IMG/VR virus record: IMGVR_UViG_3300045836_000189
Coordinates: 1-64,000 of that record
Origin: an uncultured virus (IMG/VR IMGVR_UViG_3300045836_000189)
Taxonomy: Duplodnaviria > Heunggongvirae > Uroviricota > Caudoviricetes
Direction: 5' to 3' (one strand)
Length of the DNA: 64,000 bases
The stretch's first letter is position 1; the number at the start of each line of letters is the position of its first letter. Below, piece by piece: positions 16,356 to 26,901 of the stretch. The position numbers and the translations under genes were made by a program. Below the pieces are notes generated by a model, which was given only the letters and a program-made list of their open reading frames with translations, was not told the DNA's origin and made no database searches.

Positions 16356-19091
16356 ATGCAGATATACAATGCCCTTGATTTAAAAAAGGGAGCCAAGACT
16401 GAGCTTAAAAGAATGGGTACCCTCACCCAGCCCGTACAGTTCCTGCCCCAGAAGGATAAGGATATTGAATGGAGTTCCTGGAATATGGACTGGCTGGAGT
16501 TCCAGGGAATGAAGCAGCTGAGGCGTAATGCCAAACGGCTGATGAAGAACTACAAGCTGGCCAAAGGTATTATTGATAAGTCCGACTACATCGTAGAGGA
16601 TGACAATGAATACGGGGAAATGATTGACATTCTCACCAAAGAAGATGAATCTGCCCTGGAGCTGAAGTTCTACCCCATCATCCCCAATGTGATCAACGTA
16701 TTATGCACGGAGTTCTCCAAACGGGTCAGCAAGATCCAGTTCCGTGCCGTGGATGACATCTCCTACAATGAGATGCTGGAAGAGAAGCGGGCCATGATCG
16801 AGCAGACGCTGCTTGCGGAAGCAGAGCAGAAGATGCGGATCAAGCTCATGAACATGGGCCTGGCCGAAGACTCTGAGCAGGGCAAGCAGATGATGGACCC
16901 ACAGAACCTCAAGTCCCTTCCGGAGATCGAGCAGTTCTTCCAGAAAGACTACAGGTCTCTGCAGGAAGAGTGGGCTACCCACCAGTTTAAAATAGACGAG
17001 CAGCGTTTCAAGATGCAGGAGCTGGAAGAGCGCGGCTTCAGGGACATGCTGATCACAGACCGTGAGTTCTGGCATTTCCAGATGTATGAGGATGACTATG
17101 AAGTGGAGCTGTGGAACCCACTGCTTACCTTCTATCACAAGTCTCCTGATGTACGCTACGTATCCAATGGGAACTACGTGGGCAAGATGGATATGATGTC
17201 CATCCCGGATGTGATTGACAAATATGGCTGGATGATGACCCAGGACCAGTTAGAGTCCCTGGAGGCCATCTACCCGGTACGATCTGCCGGTTATAACATG
17301 CCGGGTGTGCAGAATGATGGTAGCTTCTATGATGCTACCCGTTCCCACGAATGGAACACCCAGATGCCATCCCTGGGCATGAGGCAGTTCACTTCCATGT
17401 ATGACAATGCCATGCCTAACGGGGACATCGTCAACTGGATCCTGGGAGAGAGTGAAGACCTCTTTGACCATGGTAACTCCTGGCTTTTAAGGGTCACCAC
17501 CGTATACTGGAAAAGCCAGCGTAAGGTGGGCCACCTGACCAAGATCACCGAAGACGGCCAGCTGATCCAGGACATTGTCACTGAGGATTACAAGGTGACC
17601 GACAAGCCTGTGTACAACACGGCTGTTTATAAAACAAAGACAAAAGACAACCTCATATTTGGGGAACACATAGACTGGATCTGGATCAACGAGGTCTGGG
17701 GCGGGGTCAAGATCGGACCTAACCGTCCGGCCTACTGGGGCACCAGCAATCCTGGGGGGATCAACCCGATCTACCTGGGCCTGAAAGGTGGCCAGCCCGG
17801 AAGACTTCCTTTCCAGTTCAAGGGAGACGATAACCTTTACGGATGCAAACTTCCGGTTGAAGGAGCTGTCTTCTCTGACCGCAACACCAAATCTGTGGCT
17901 CTGGTAGATACCATGAAGCCGTATCAGATTGCCTATAACGTAGTAAATAACCAGATTGCTGACATACTGGTGGATGAACTGGGTACCGTGATCCTTTTGG
18001 ATCAGAATGCCCTTCCACGCCACTCTCTGGGAGAAGACTGGGGCAAGAACAACCTGGCCAAGGCTTATGTGGCCATGAAGAATTTCCAGATGCTGCCACT
18101 GGATACAACCATTACAAACACGGAAAATGCCCTCAACTTTCAACACTATAGTGTCCTCAACCTGGAACAGACTCAGAGGCTTATGTCTCGTGTTCAGCTT
18201 GCAACTTACTTTAAGAACCAGGCGTTTGAAGTCATCGGGATCAACCCACAAAGAATGGGGCAGCAGATCTCTCAGGAGACAGCAACAGGTGTGGAACAAG
18301 CCCTGAATGCCAGCTATGCCCAGACAGAGATTTACTTTACCCAGCACAGTGACTATTTGATGCCAAGGGTCCACCAGATGCGGACCGACCTGGCCCAGTA
18401 CTACCACTCTACCAAGCCTTCCATAAGGCTGCAGTATATCACCTCCAATGATGAGAAGGTGAACTTCCAGATCAACGGGACCAAGCTCCTGATGAGGGAC
18501 TTCAACATCTTCTGTACGACCAATGTCAATGCCCGTGCGATCATGGAGCAGATGAAGCAGCTCGTGCTGAATAATAATACCATGGGTGCTTCTGTGTATG
18601 ACCTGGGCAATGTGATCAAGGCAGACTCTGTGGCGGAACTGACCTCAGTACTGAAAGCAGCAGAACAGAAAGCCAATGCCATCCGCCAGGAGCAGCAGCA
18701 GCATGAACAACAGATGCAGCAACAACAACTCCAGAGCCAGGAGCAGCAGAAACAAATGCAGCTGCAGTGGGATGCGGACCAGGCAGACAAGAACCGCCAG
18801 AAGGACATCATGGTGGCCGAGATTCGCGCAGCCGGTATGGGTGCAGGCGTAGACCTGAATAACAATGCCCAGAATGACTACATGGATGCCCTCCAGCAGA
18901 TCGAAGCCTCCAGGCAGTATCAGGATACCATGGACTTTAAACGCCAGCAGGAATCTAACAAGCTGATCCAGGCTGATCAGAAGAACCAATTGGAACGGGA
19001 AAAGCTTCAGGCCCAGAGGGAACGTGACCGCACAGCCCTGGAAGTGGCCCGTACCAATAAGAACAAGTTTGACAAACCCAAAGGGAAGTAA
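16356..19091 (+). CDS. portal protein
   Basis: 911 aa after TerL; YPIIPNVIN and GINPQRMG motifs; Q-rich C-terminal barrel as in crAss-like portals. Confidence 0.88.
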   Translation: MQIYNALDLKKGAKTELKRMGTLTQPVQFLPQKDKDIEWSSWNMDWLEFQGMKQLRRNAKRLMKNYKLAKGIIDKSDYIVEDDNEYGEMIDILTKEDESALELKFYPIIPNVINVLCTEFSKRVSKIQFRAVDDISYNEMLEEKRAMIEQTLLAEAEQKMRIKLMNMGLAEDSEQGKQMMDPQNLKSLPEIEQFFQKDYRSLQEEWATHQFKIDEQRFKMQELEERGFRDMLITDREFWHFQMYEDDYEVELWNPLLTFYHKSPDVRYVSNGNYVGKMDMMSIPDVIDKYGWMMTQDQLESLEAIYPVRSAGYNMPGVQNDGSFYDATRSHEWNTQMPSLGMRQFTSMYDNAMPNGDIVNWILGESEDLFDHGNSWLLRVTTVYWKSQRKVGHLTKITEDGQLIQDIVTEDYKVTDKPVYNTAVYKTKTKDNLIFGEHIDWIWINEVWGGVKIGPNRPAYWGTSNPGGINPIYLGLKGGQPGRLPFQFKGDDNLYGCKLPVEGAVFSDRNTKSVALVDTMKPYQIAYNVVNNQIADILVDELGTVILLDQNALPRHSLGEDWGKNNLAKAYVAMKNFQMLPLDTTITNTENALNFQHYSVLNLEQTQRLMSRVQLATYFKNQAFEVIGINPQRMGQQISQETATGVEQALNASYAQTEIYFTQHSDYLMPRVHQMRTDLAQYYHSTKPSIRLQYITSNDEKVNFQINGTKLLMRDFNIFCTTNVNARAIMEQMKQLVLNNNTMGASVYDLGNVIKADSVAELTSVLKAAEQKANAIRQEQQQHEQQMQQQQLQSQEQQKQMQLQWDADQADKNRQKDIMVAEIRAAGMGAGVDLNNNAQNDYMDALQQIEASRQYQDTMDFKRQQESNKLIQADQKNQLEREKLQAQRERDRTALEVARTNKNKFDKPKGK

Positions 19092-19225
19092 AACATATTA
19101 TAGCCATATGATCCGCCCCTCAGCTCTACAAGATGCCATAATTCTACAAGTACCCTAAATTTTTAGAGTTTAAAATAGTATATTCTATTGTAGAGATACA
19201 CAAAGAGACCAACAACCAACACCCT

Positions 19226-20515
19226 ATGCCAGACGTAACCACTAATGTTAAACAGGTTGATGTAGACCTGGATAATATTGACTCATGGTTAGGTGCTCCC
19301 GGATCTGACAACATCCTAACTCCAACCAGTGAAGATAAAACAAAGCCAGCCGAGGCAGCTAAACCAAACTTTTTCTCTAACAAGCCGGTTGATCTCGGAT
19401 TCATTGATAATGAAGATGAAGACCAGCCAGAACCTGTTAAGGACCCGGAGAACCAGAATCCACCAGCAGATGCTCCTCCTGTAAAGGTTGATGACATCCT
19501 GAATGAGCTGGAGACAGCTGAGAATGACGAGGATCCGGAGAAGAAAAAACCAGGAAGGCCTAAGACTGAAAAGAACGGCCTGATTGAGTTCTTTAAAAAG
19601 CGGATTGAATCCAAGGAGATGTTTGCCTTTGATGATTATGATGAGGAAAAACAGTCCCTTGATGAATACTTAGGCTCTTTGTCTGAGAAGGATCTGGACG
19701 AGCTGTACACAGCCAACATCACCCAGATCAAGGAGGACATTGCCAGCCAGACCCCAAAGGAATTCTTTGAATCCCTTCCACAGGAGCTGCAATATGCTGC
19801 CAAGTATGTGGCTGACGGAGGTCAGGACCTTAAAGGTCTATTCCAGGCCCTTGCTCATGTGGAGCAGACCAGGGAACTGGATCCTTCCAATGACGGTGAC
19901 CAGGAGTCCATCGTAAGAAATTACCTGCAGGCTACCAAGTTCGGTACACCGGAGGAGATTGACGAAGAGATTGTTACCTGGAAAGACCTGGGAGTGCTGG
20001 GTAAGAAAGCAGGCCAGTTCAAACCGAAACTGGACAAGATGCAGGAAGAGATCGTGGCCCAGAAGCTTGCCGAGCAGGAAAAGCAGAAGCAGCAGCAACA
20101 ACAGGCCGTGAAAGAATACATGGACAATGTATTTGAAGCTCTCCGCCCAGGAGAGATCAATGGTCTGAAGCTGGATAAGAACACACAGGCAAAACTGTAT
20201 TCCGGTTTAACCCAGGCACAGTATCCATCTATGAGTGGCCGTCCTACCAACCTGTTGGGACACTTACTGGAAAAGCACCAGTTCGTAGAGCCTAACTACC
20301 AGCTGATCGCTGAAGCCCTGTGGCTGCTCTCTGATCCGGATGACTACCGGAAGAGCCTTGCCAAGACAGGCCAGAACCAGGCAGCTGCAGAAATATCCCG
20401 CAAGCTGAAAACAGAACAGCAACGCAAAAACGGATCCACCAACACACTGGAAGAGCAGGAAGAAAACAAGACCCGCAGGATCCCACGTCAGAACAACAGC
20501 TTTTTTAAAAGATAA
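19226..20515 (+). CDS. putative scaffolding protein
   Basis: Acidic, disordered N-terminus and coiled coil; lies between portal and capsid. Confidence 0.65.
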   Translation: MPDVTTNVKQVDVDLDNIDSWLGAPGSDNILTPTSEDKTKPAEAAKPNFFSNKPVDLGFIDNEDEDQPEPVKDPENQNPPADAPPVKVDDILNELETAENDEDPEKKKPGRPKTEKNGLIEFFKKRIESKEMFAFDDYDEEKQSLDEYLGSLSEKDLDELYTANITQIKEDIASQTPKEFFESLPQELQYAAKYVADGGQDLKGLFQALAHVEQTRELDPSNDGDQESIVRNYLQATKFGTPEEIDEEIVTWKDLGVLGKKAGQFKPKLDKMQEEIVAQKLAEQEKQKQQQQQAVKEYMDNVFEALRPGEINGLKLDKNTQAKLYSGLTQAQYPSMSGRPTNLLGHLLEKHQFVEPNYQLIAEALWLLSDPDDYRKSLAKTGQNQAAAEISRKLKTEQQRKNGSTNTLEEQEENKTRRIPRQNNSFFKR

Positions 20516-20557
20516 TAACCCAAGAACCCTTAACCCTATTAAACAACCCTAAACCCT

Positions 20558-22180
20558 ATGTCAACACCAGTATTGAATAATGGTATATTCCTGCGTGACA
20601 CGAACTATTCTACGAGTTCCCACGTAGACTCTTACCACTTATCCAACATGTTGAAATCAGCAGAACCCCAGGATCTCGGACCTGTAGATCTTTGGGCCAT
20701 GGTACAAAAGGTAGAAATGCCTTTGTATCAGATGAGTTCATTTGGCGGAAAGAATGTTATTGAAGTCAATAACATGCGTGGAGAGTACAAATGGCAGGTG
20801 CCAATTGTGCAGGATCTACCTTACATCGTTGAAGACATTGAGCCAGCTAACAACCAGAAAGGTGTGGATGGCCAGTCCTTCAAACTCAAAATTAACAAAC
20901 GTGCCTTTGGTCACGGTGACATCATCACCTATGATAAGTACAATGGTGCGGAAATCTACATCACCAATGATGACATCATCCCTTCTGGAGATGGCTTCAT
21001 CTACACCGTGCAGTTAGTCAACAATGACAACCTGAAATTCCTGGACAACAAGTATCTCCGTGTTGGTACCAAGGTATTCCGTAAAGGTTCTGCCCGCTCT
21101 GGTGAGTATGGAGAGCGTTTCTCAGACCTGGGTAACGTATCAAGCGGCTTCCGTGAGTTCTACAACTACGTAGGTGGTGCTGAAGCTCACGTACACTATT
21201 CAATCAGTACCCAGGCGGATCTGATGATGAAGGGTGGCATGAACGCTGACGGTACAGTGCCTGTAGTGGAGCTCTGGAGAAACTTTGACAAGGGTATTGA
21301 TCCTTCCATCACTTCCCTGGAGGACATGGCTTCCAAACTGGGTAAGGACTATGTGAAGAAAGCTTACCAGAACGGTAGCCTGTCACGCAGCTTCTTAACT
21401 ACCCTGGAGGCAGCTCACTTAACCAAGATCTCTAATGACATCGAGACCTACCTCATGTGGGGTCAGGGTGGCCGCATCAAAACTGACGGTCCGGATGATG
21501 TTCGTCTGAGCGTTGGTTTGTGGAAGCAGCTGGATAACTCTTACAAGCGGATCTTCAACAAGGGTTCTTTTACCCTGGATCTGTTCAAGACTGAGCTGTT
21601 CAACTTCTACAATGGTAAAGTGGAGTTCAAAGGTCCGGATCCAAAACGCAAGATCGTAGTTCAAACTGGTATGGCCGGTATGAAACTCGTGAACGAGGCT
21701 ATCAAGAAAGAGGCTATCAACTCTGGCTTGGTGATCAATGCTTCTGACATCGGTGCCATCACTGGTAAAGGCATGGACCTGAACTTCGGTTATGCATACA
21801 CTCAGTACGTGATCCCATTCCTGGCAAACGTACAGTTCGTGCTGAACCCTGCCTTTGACAATGTTCATACCAATGACATTGAGAACCCGATCATAGATGG
21901 TTTCCCTCTGAGCTCTTACAACTTCATCATCTTTGACATCACTGACAACACCCAGGACAACATCTTCCTTCTGAAGAGGAAATGGGACAATCAGTTAAGA
22001 TGGTGGTATCAGAACGGTACTATGGACTACATGGGCCGTACAGCAGGATTCCAGTCTAACGGCAACTTCACCGGTTACAAAGTCTTCATGACTCAAACCA
22101 TGCCAGCCATCTGGGTGAAGGACCCAACTAAAGTATTGAAGTTAGTAATGAGAAACCCAATCACTGGCGGATCATTCTAA
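20558..22180 (+). CDS. major capsid protein (crAss-like HK97 fold)
   Basis: 540 aa in the canonical position; strongly biased codon use; followed by a strong hairpin. Confidence 0.85.
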   Translation: MSTPVLNNGIFLRDTNYSTSSHVDSYHLSNMLKSAEPQDLGPVDLWAMVQKVEMPLYQMSSFGGKNVIEVNNMRGEYKWQVPIVQDLPYIVEDIEPANNQKGVDGQSFKLKINKRAFGHGDIITYDKYNGAEIYITNDDIIPSGDGFIYTVQLVNNDNLKFLDNKYLRVGTKVFRKGSARSGEYGERFSDLGNVSSGFREFYNYVGGAEAHVHYSISTQADLMMKGGMNADGTVPVVELWRNFDKGIDPSITSLEDMASKLGKDYVKKAYQNGSLSRSFLTTLEAAHLTKISNDIETYLMWGQGGRIKTDGPDDVRLSVGLWKQLDNSYKRIFNKGSFTLDLFKTELFNFYNGKVEFKGPDPKRKIVVQTGMAGMKLVNEAIKKEAINSGLVINASDIGAITGKGMDLNFGYAYTQYVIPFLANVQFVLNPAFDNVHTNDIENPIIDGFPLSSYNFIIFDITDNTQDNIFLLKRKWDNQLRWWYQNGTMDYMGRTAGFQSNGNFTGYKVFMTQTMPAIWVKDPTKVLKLVMRNPITGGSF

Positions 22181-22194
22181 GATACTAATGCAGC

Positions 22195-22221
22195 GGGGGA
22201 GTGAACTAAAACTCCCCCTGC
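22195..22221 (+). terminator. stem-loop after the capsid gene
   Basis: GGGGGAGT/ACTCCCCC inverted repeat; no clear U tract. Confidence 0.45.
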
Positions 22222-22416
22222 CCTGCAAATAGTTGATCCAACCCCGTATCACTATTGAATAACCCTAAACCTTACATCCTGTAACAAGCACGTCTTAGAA
22301 AAGTTTGCAACTTTTTACAGGATCCAAAAAGAAAATAAGGCAGGGGCTGCGTATGGACAAGCTGGAGAAGCAGTACAACGCCCCGGACAGCCTTATATCT
22401 TAACCAACAACCAACA

Positions 22417-23433
22417 ATGAGTGTTACTATCGTAGAGAAATACCCTCAGAACAAGAGACGTACTTCAGTAGCTGTACGTCCGTTCTTTGATCCCAGGGTA
22501 GAGAATATGGGACTTCAGAACTATGGTCTAAGTCTTTTTGACGGGGCCATGCACATTGAGCAGCTGGCCTGCCTGGAGATCAACGGTATCAAAAGATACC
22601 TCACCGGCTTAAACGAGTTTGCTCCTGAACTCCTGGACCTGGATCCTGAGGAAAGAGAAGCCAAGATCCGCAACATCCGGGAGACCGTATCACACCTGGA
22701 AAAGGTGCTTGCCTCCAACGTGGTAAAGCCAGAAGATGCAGAGTTCTGGAATAAGGTAAGGCTTCTGAAGCCTGACAATGCCGAGTTCTGGGATAAGATA
22801 GAGATCAAAGCTGGTAATGACCCTTTGTTCCTGGATCCTGAAAAAGATCCTTATGATCTGATCAAGCTCTATGCTATTGAAGCTGGTGGTTTCTCAATCG
22901 TAGCCAGAAGCCTGGAACATGCCCGCCAGCAACCCACTCCTCCTAAGTTTTACTTAGACAAGCTGGAAGAAACCGCATCAGCCAACACAGAAGTTAAGAA
23001 ACTGCGTAACAAAGCTGCAGCTGAACTCCAGAAGTTATTTGACAAGAATACCAACAAACTGTTCTACGTGGCCAAGGTACTGGATCCTAACAGTGCCCAG
23101 TACAAGAAATCCACTCCTAATGATATTGTCTATGACAACATGGATAAATACATCAACGGAGAACTGGTTGACAAGGATAAAAAGAAAACAGCTGCACGCT
23201 TCCTGGAAGTGGCCAACCTGGATATGGAATCCTTAAAGATCCGTGCCATTGTGAAGGATGCCAACTTCTACCGGTTCATAGCAACCAAGGCAGATGGATT
23301 CATCTACCACATGGAGAAACAGCTGATGATGGGCCGCACGCCAACAGACGTGGCAGAGTTCTTAAAGAACCCGCTCAACGAGGAGGCTCTGGTAGACCTT
23401 ACCAAGAAAGTAGAAAAGTACTGGAACCAGTAA
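22417..23433 (+). CDS. conserved virion/cargo protein downstream of the capsid gene
   Basis: 338-aa ORF syntenic with crAss-like post-capsid genes. Confidence 0.65.
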   Translation: MSVTIVEKYPQNKRRTSVAVRPFFDPRVENMGLQNYGLSLFDGAMHIEQLACLEINGIKRYLTGLNEFAPELLDLDPEEREAKIRNIRETVSHLEKVLASNVVKPEDAEFWNKVRLLKPDNAEFWDKIEIKAGNDPLFLDPEKDPYDLIKLYAIEAGGFSIVARSLEHARQQPTPPKFYLDKLEETASANTEVKKLRNKAAAELQKLFDKNTNKLFYVAKVLDPNSAQYKKSTPNDIVYDNMDKYINGELVDKDKKKTAARFLEVANLDMESLKIRAIVKDANFYRFIATKADGFIYHMEKQLMMGRTPTDVAEFLKNPLNEEALVDLTKKVEKYWNQ

Positions 23434-23443
23434 GAAGATAACA

Positions 23444-23488
23444 TACCCCGGATGCCTCTGATCCAAGCACACTCTCCGGGGTCTTTTT
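23444..23488 (+). terminator. intrinsic terminator
   Basis: ACCCCGGA...TCCGGGGT followed by CTTTTT. Confidence 0.6.
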
Positions 23489-23494
23489 CACCCT

Positions 23495-24196
23495 ATGCAC
23501 AACAACCTGCTCAAGCTCAAAATCAAGGAGCGTCTTAATAAGCTATCCAGCCAGGACTATGACAACATAGAAGACTGGCAGATCGCTGAGGCTTTCAACA
23601 AAGCCCAGGTGGAATGGGTACGCAGGCAGCTCCATGGCAACAACCTGTTCAAGGAAGGTGATGAGCAGAGCACCCGCAGGGTGGACGACCTCCAGATCCT
23701 GCTGCATCAAAAGGACCTCACCGGTTTTAACCAGGGAATCTACTTTGAGACAGCCACACTCCCGGAGGACTACCTGCAGTACAAACGGGTAACCATCAAA
23801 GGCAGGACTATAACCTGTCCGCCCAGGACCTTCAGGGTATACCTGGCAGAAGAGGCGGATGCAGACCAGCTCCTGATTGATGATAACTCCAATCCAAACT
23901 TTGAGTGGGGAGAAACCTTCTGTACCCTCATAGGTAATAAGATCCGGATCTACACCAACGGCCTCTTTGACATCGTAGCTCCCAAGCTGATTTACTACCG
24001 TCAGCCAAGACCTGTACAGTTCAGGGGCAGCATGGATATAGCCACCGGAAGTATTTACGGATCGGACCAGACCTCTGAGTTCAAGGATGACATCGTGGAG
24101 CTCATGATAGATGAGACCTGTTCCATCATTGCAGGAGACATAGAGTCCCAGCTGCAGTTCCAGAGAAACTCACAGAACGCTGAACGTAACAACTAA
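23495..24196 (+). CDS. head-tail adaptor / ring protein
   Basis: FNKAQ, LPEDY and YYRQP patterns of crAss-like ring proteins. Confidence 0.6.
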   Translation: MHNNLLKLKIKERLNKLSSQDYDNIEDWQIAEAFNKAQVEWVRRQLHGNNLFKEGDEQSTRRVDDLQILLHQKDLTGFNQGIYFETATLPEDYLQYKRVTIKGRTITCPPRTFRVYLAEEADADQLLIDDNSNPNFEWGETFCTLIGNKIRIYTNGLFDIVAPKLIYYRQPRPVQFRGSMDIATGSIYGSDQTSEFKDDIVELMIDETCSIIAGDIESQLQFQRNSQNAERNN

Positions 24197-24588
24197 TGAT
24201 TGATAGAAAAATACCCAGATCATCCGGCTATACCAAAGAAGCAGAATTCTTTGGAAGACTGATGCAGATCAGGGACCTGGCTCACCTCACGCACTTAAGA
24301 CAGTTTCATAAGAGCGGCTGGGAGCACAAAGCTCTCAACATTCTTTATGATGAAGTGCTGGACATCGTAGATACCATCATAGAATCCTGGCAAGGGATCT
24401 ATGGACTGGTAGACGTGACGGTCCCGGAGAGCAAGCCACAACAGGACTCCATCCAGATGACCCGTGAGATCTACAATTACATCATGACCTCCAGGAGCAT
24501 CTTCCAGGAATCCTGGCTGCAGAATGAGATAGATAATGTCTGCACCCTGCTGGCTCAGACCCTGTACAGATTACAATACCTGAAATAA
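24196..24588 (+). CDS. ferritin/Dps-like four-helix protein (DUF5856-like)
   Basis: AHLTH...EHKAL..YDE..D.IIE..QG..G...NEID...TLYRL pattern. Confidence 0.75.
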   Translation: MIDRKIPRSSGYTKEAEFFGRLMQIRDLAHLTHLRQFHKSGWEHKALNILYDEVLDIVDTIIESWQGIYGLVDVTVPESKPQQDSIQMTREIYNYIMTSRSIFQESWLQNEIDNVCTLLAQTLYRLQYLK

Positions 24589-24621
24589 CCCCTTTTGTTT
24601 ATTTAACCCATACCAAACCCT

Positions 24622-26040
24622 ATGTATTTTCCTAATGCATTTAAGAAAGTCTACATTGCTGCCACTAACGCTGGCAGTATCACTGTAGCCAACACTGGTA
24701 CAACTGCCAACCTGACTGCAGGTGTAGTGGGTCTGTTTGATGCTAAAAGCTACGCGGCTATCACAGCTGCTCCTGCTGCTGGCACCAACCAACCATTCAT
24801 CCTGGCACAAGGTAGCTACCACAGTGTTGACAAGATCGGACCTTTCCATGGTGGATACCAGGAATCCGTGAAGTCCAAAGTGATCAACCCTAAGTATGTG
24901 AGCCGTCTGATCAAGATCACCTCACATTCTCCACAGAGCCAGATCGTTCAATTGGGCTGGACAGGCACTAACAATGCCTCAGATGTTGGTTTGAGCTTTG
25001 CCTGCGGCAAAACCTATAACCTGCGTCTGGACCTTAAAGGTTCACCTGCATTGAGGTTCCTGAGCCACAACATTTACCACACCTTTGACTATTACACCGG
25101 CTGCTGCAATGGTGATTGCTCTTCTGGCTGTACCGGTGATCCGGTAGATGCCGCTTCTGTGATGCTCGGCTGGGCTGATCAGATTAACAACAACCCAATC
25201 GTCAGCAACTTCGTCAAAGCTACTGCTGTAGTGAAAACTACTTCAGAGCTGGCAACTGCTGCCAGTGGTAGCACTACCCTGACCCTTGATGCTGCCAATG
25301 CAAGTGTAGCAGTAGGTCAGCTGGTATATGGTGCCGGTATTGCTCCGCTTACCAAGGTGACTGCTGTTGCAGGTACTGCGGTAACCATCAGCAAGGCTAC
25401 TACAGCTGCTGTGAATGAAGTGGTGGTATTCGGTACTGCTATTGATGACACTTATGCTCCTGTAAAATATGATGGTACTAACGCTGCTGCTGTAAAAGCT
25501 GTGGTAGCAGGTGTAGTACTGCAGGTAGCTTACGTGGACACCAAGTTCGGTAACTGTACTTTCACAGTGACTGACAAGTATGACCTGGAGCCCCTGTTCA
25601 TCTATCTTTCTGTAACTGATGAGAGCAATGACCCATGTGCCGTATATCCACATGCCAACACTGCCACTGCACAGAACGTAGCTGAACTGCAAGCCCCTAA
25701 ACAGGCCCAGGGTGTTGGTGAAAGCGTACTGAGAGACGTGATCCTGGACAAACGCTACCGTCAGGAGCCGTTCCATGATTCAAACTTTGTGGATGCTATC
25801 CGCATGAGAGAGATTGAGGATGACTACTCATTGAGCATCGTTGACCGCAGTGCTCTTTATGACAGGGTATACGTGCTCCATAACGTACCACGTCTGATGA
25901 ACCCAACATCAACCTTTGACAACGACCAGTACTTACTGGAGATTGTGGTGCCAACTGGTACTGATACCACTCCGTTAACGAACCTGATCCAGGGTATGTT
26001 GACTTCAGCTGGTAACAGCATCGCACTGGAGACTTACTAA
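24622..26040 (+). CDS. virion structural protein (auxiliary capsid/decoration-like)
   Basis: Ala/Thr/Gly-rich; capsid-like codon bias; followed by a terminator. Confidence 0.65.
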   Translation: MYFPNAFKKVYIAATNAGSITVANTGTTANLTAGVVGLFDAKSYAAITAAPAAGTNQPFILAQGSYHSVDKIGPFHGGYQESVKSKVINPKYVSRLIKITSHSPQSQIVQLGWTGTNNASDVGLSFACGKTYNLRLDLKGSPALRFLSHNIYHTFDYYTGCCNGDCSSGCTGDPVDAASVMLGWADQINNNPIVSNFVKATAVVKTTSELATAASGSTTLTLDAANASVAVGQLVYGAGIAPLTKVTAVAGTAVTISKATTAAVNEVVVFGTAIDDTYAPVKYDGTNAAAVKAVVAGVVLQVAYVDTKFGNCTFTVTDKYDLEPLFIYLSVTDESNDPCAVYPHANTATAQNVAELQAPKQAQGVGESVLRDVILDKRYRQEPFHDSNFVDAIRMREIEDDYSLSIVDRSALYDRVYVLHNVPRLMNPTSTFDNDQYLLEIVVPTGTDTTPLTNLIQGMLTSAGNSIALETY

Positions 26041-26060
26041 TCCTTTATAGCACTCCTTAG

Positions 26061-26099
26061 AAGAAGGGTGTCCGCCAGGCGGATGCCCTTTCTTTTTTT
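26061..26099 (+). terminator. intrinsic terminator
   Basis: AAGGGTGTCCGCC/GGCGGATGCCCTT followed by a T run. Confidence 0.8.
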
Positions 26100-26158
26100 G
26101 ATAAAGTCATTTGAAAATAGTATATTATTAATAGGAACCTTCCCTACTTTCTGCCCAA

Positions 26159-26704
26159 ATGAAACACCAGCTATCACTTGAGATTCCTGATACCAACAAT
26201 ACCCAGATCTTCCGGCTATTTGATACCAGCACTTATGCTGCGGATCTGAAAACAACCTGTGGGATGATTCAGATCACTGCTCCAGGATTTACTGTTCCTG
26301 TACAGATAGAAACATTGCCTTATTTCAACCTGGTTCTTAATGCCTGTACGCTTGGGATATATCAGGGCGGCTGTTCTGAATATATGCCAGATCTTCCTGA
26401 CGGAATCTATAAAGTAGCTTATTCGGTTTCTCCTAATGACCAGGTGTTTGTGGAATACCAGTACCTCCGTATCACCCATCTTCTGAATGAATATTTTGAG
26501 CAGCTCTGTAAACTGGAGATAGCCGGATGTGAGCCTACCGCTGAAGTAAAGGCCAAGCTCCGGGAACTACGGTTTATCCGCTCCCTTCTGGATGCTGCCA
26601 AGGTAAAAGTAGAGTACTGCAATGCCCCCACACAGGGGATAGAGATGTTCCAATATGCCCAGAAACGTCTTCATAAATTTTCTGGTGGCTGTAAAACCTG
26701 TTAA
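26159..26704 (+). CDS. structural protein
   Basis: LPDGIY motif; lies in the structural block. Confidence 0.6.
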   Translation: MKHQLSLEIPDTNNTQIFRLFDTSTYAADLKTTCGMIQITAPGFTVPVQIETLPYFNLVLNACTLGIYQGGCSEYMPDLPDGIYKVAYSVSPNDQVFVEYQYLRITHLLNEYFEQLCKLEIAGCEPTAEVKAKLRELRFIRSLLDAAKVKVEYCNAPTQGIEMFQYAQKRLHKFSGGCKTC

Positions 26705-26721
26705 ATCAATTCAATAATCAT

Positions 26722-26901
26722 ATGTCAACACAACCAACTTGTCCCAATTGTGGCCGCGTAATCACCTGCGGCTGCCAACGCAGAGTAGCTACCAATGGAG
26801 CTTCTGTTTGTACAGCGTGCATCCAGACCTATGATCACCAGCTGGCCCAGAAAGCACAGGCTACCATCAATAGCAACAACACTACCACTACAGCCAAATG
26901 A
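26722..26901 (+). CDS. small Cys-rich protein (59 aa)
   Basis: Hand-read MSTQPTCPNCGRVITCGCQ...CTAC; ATGA overlap with the next gene. Confidence 0.65.
   Translation: MSTQPTCPNCGRVITCGCQRRVATNGASVCTACIQTYDHQLAQKAQATINSNNTTTTAK

Noticed and set aside
14100..22180. Introns or inteins in terminase, portal or capsid genes
   Set aside because: The ORFs are continuous and no intein or homing-endonuclease motifs were noticed
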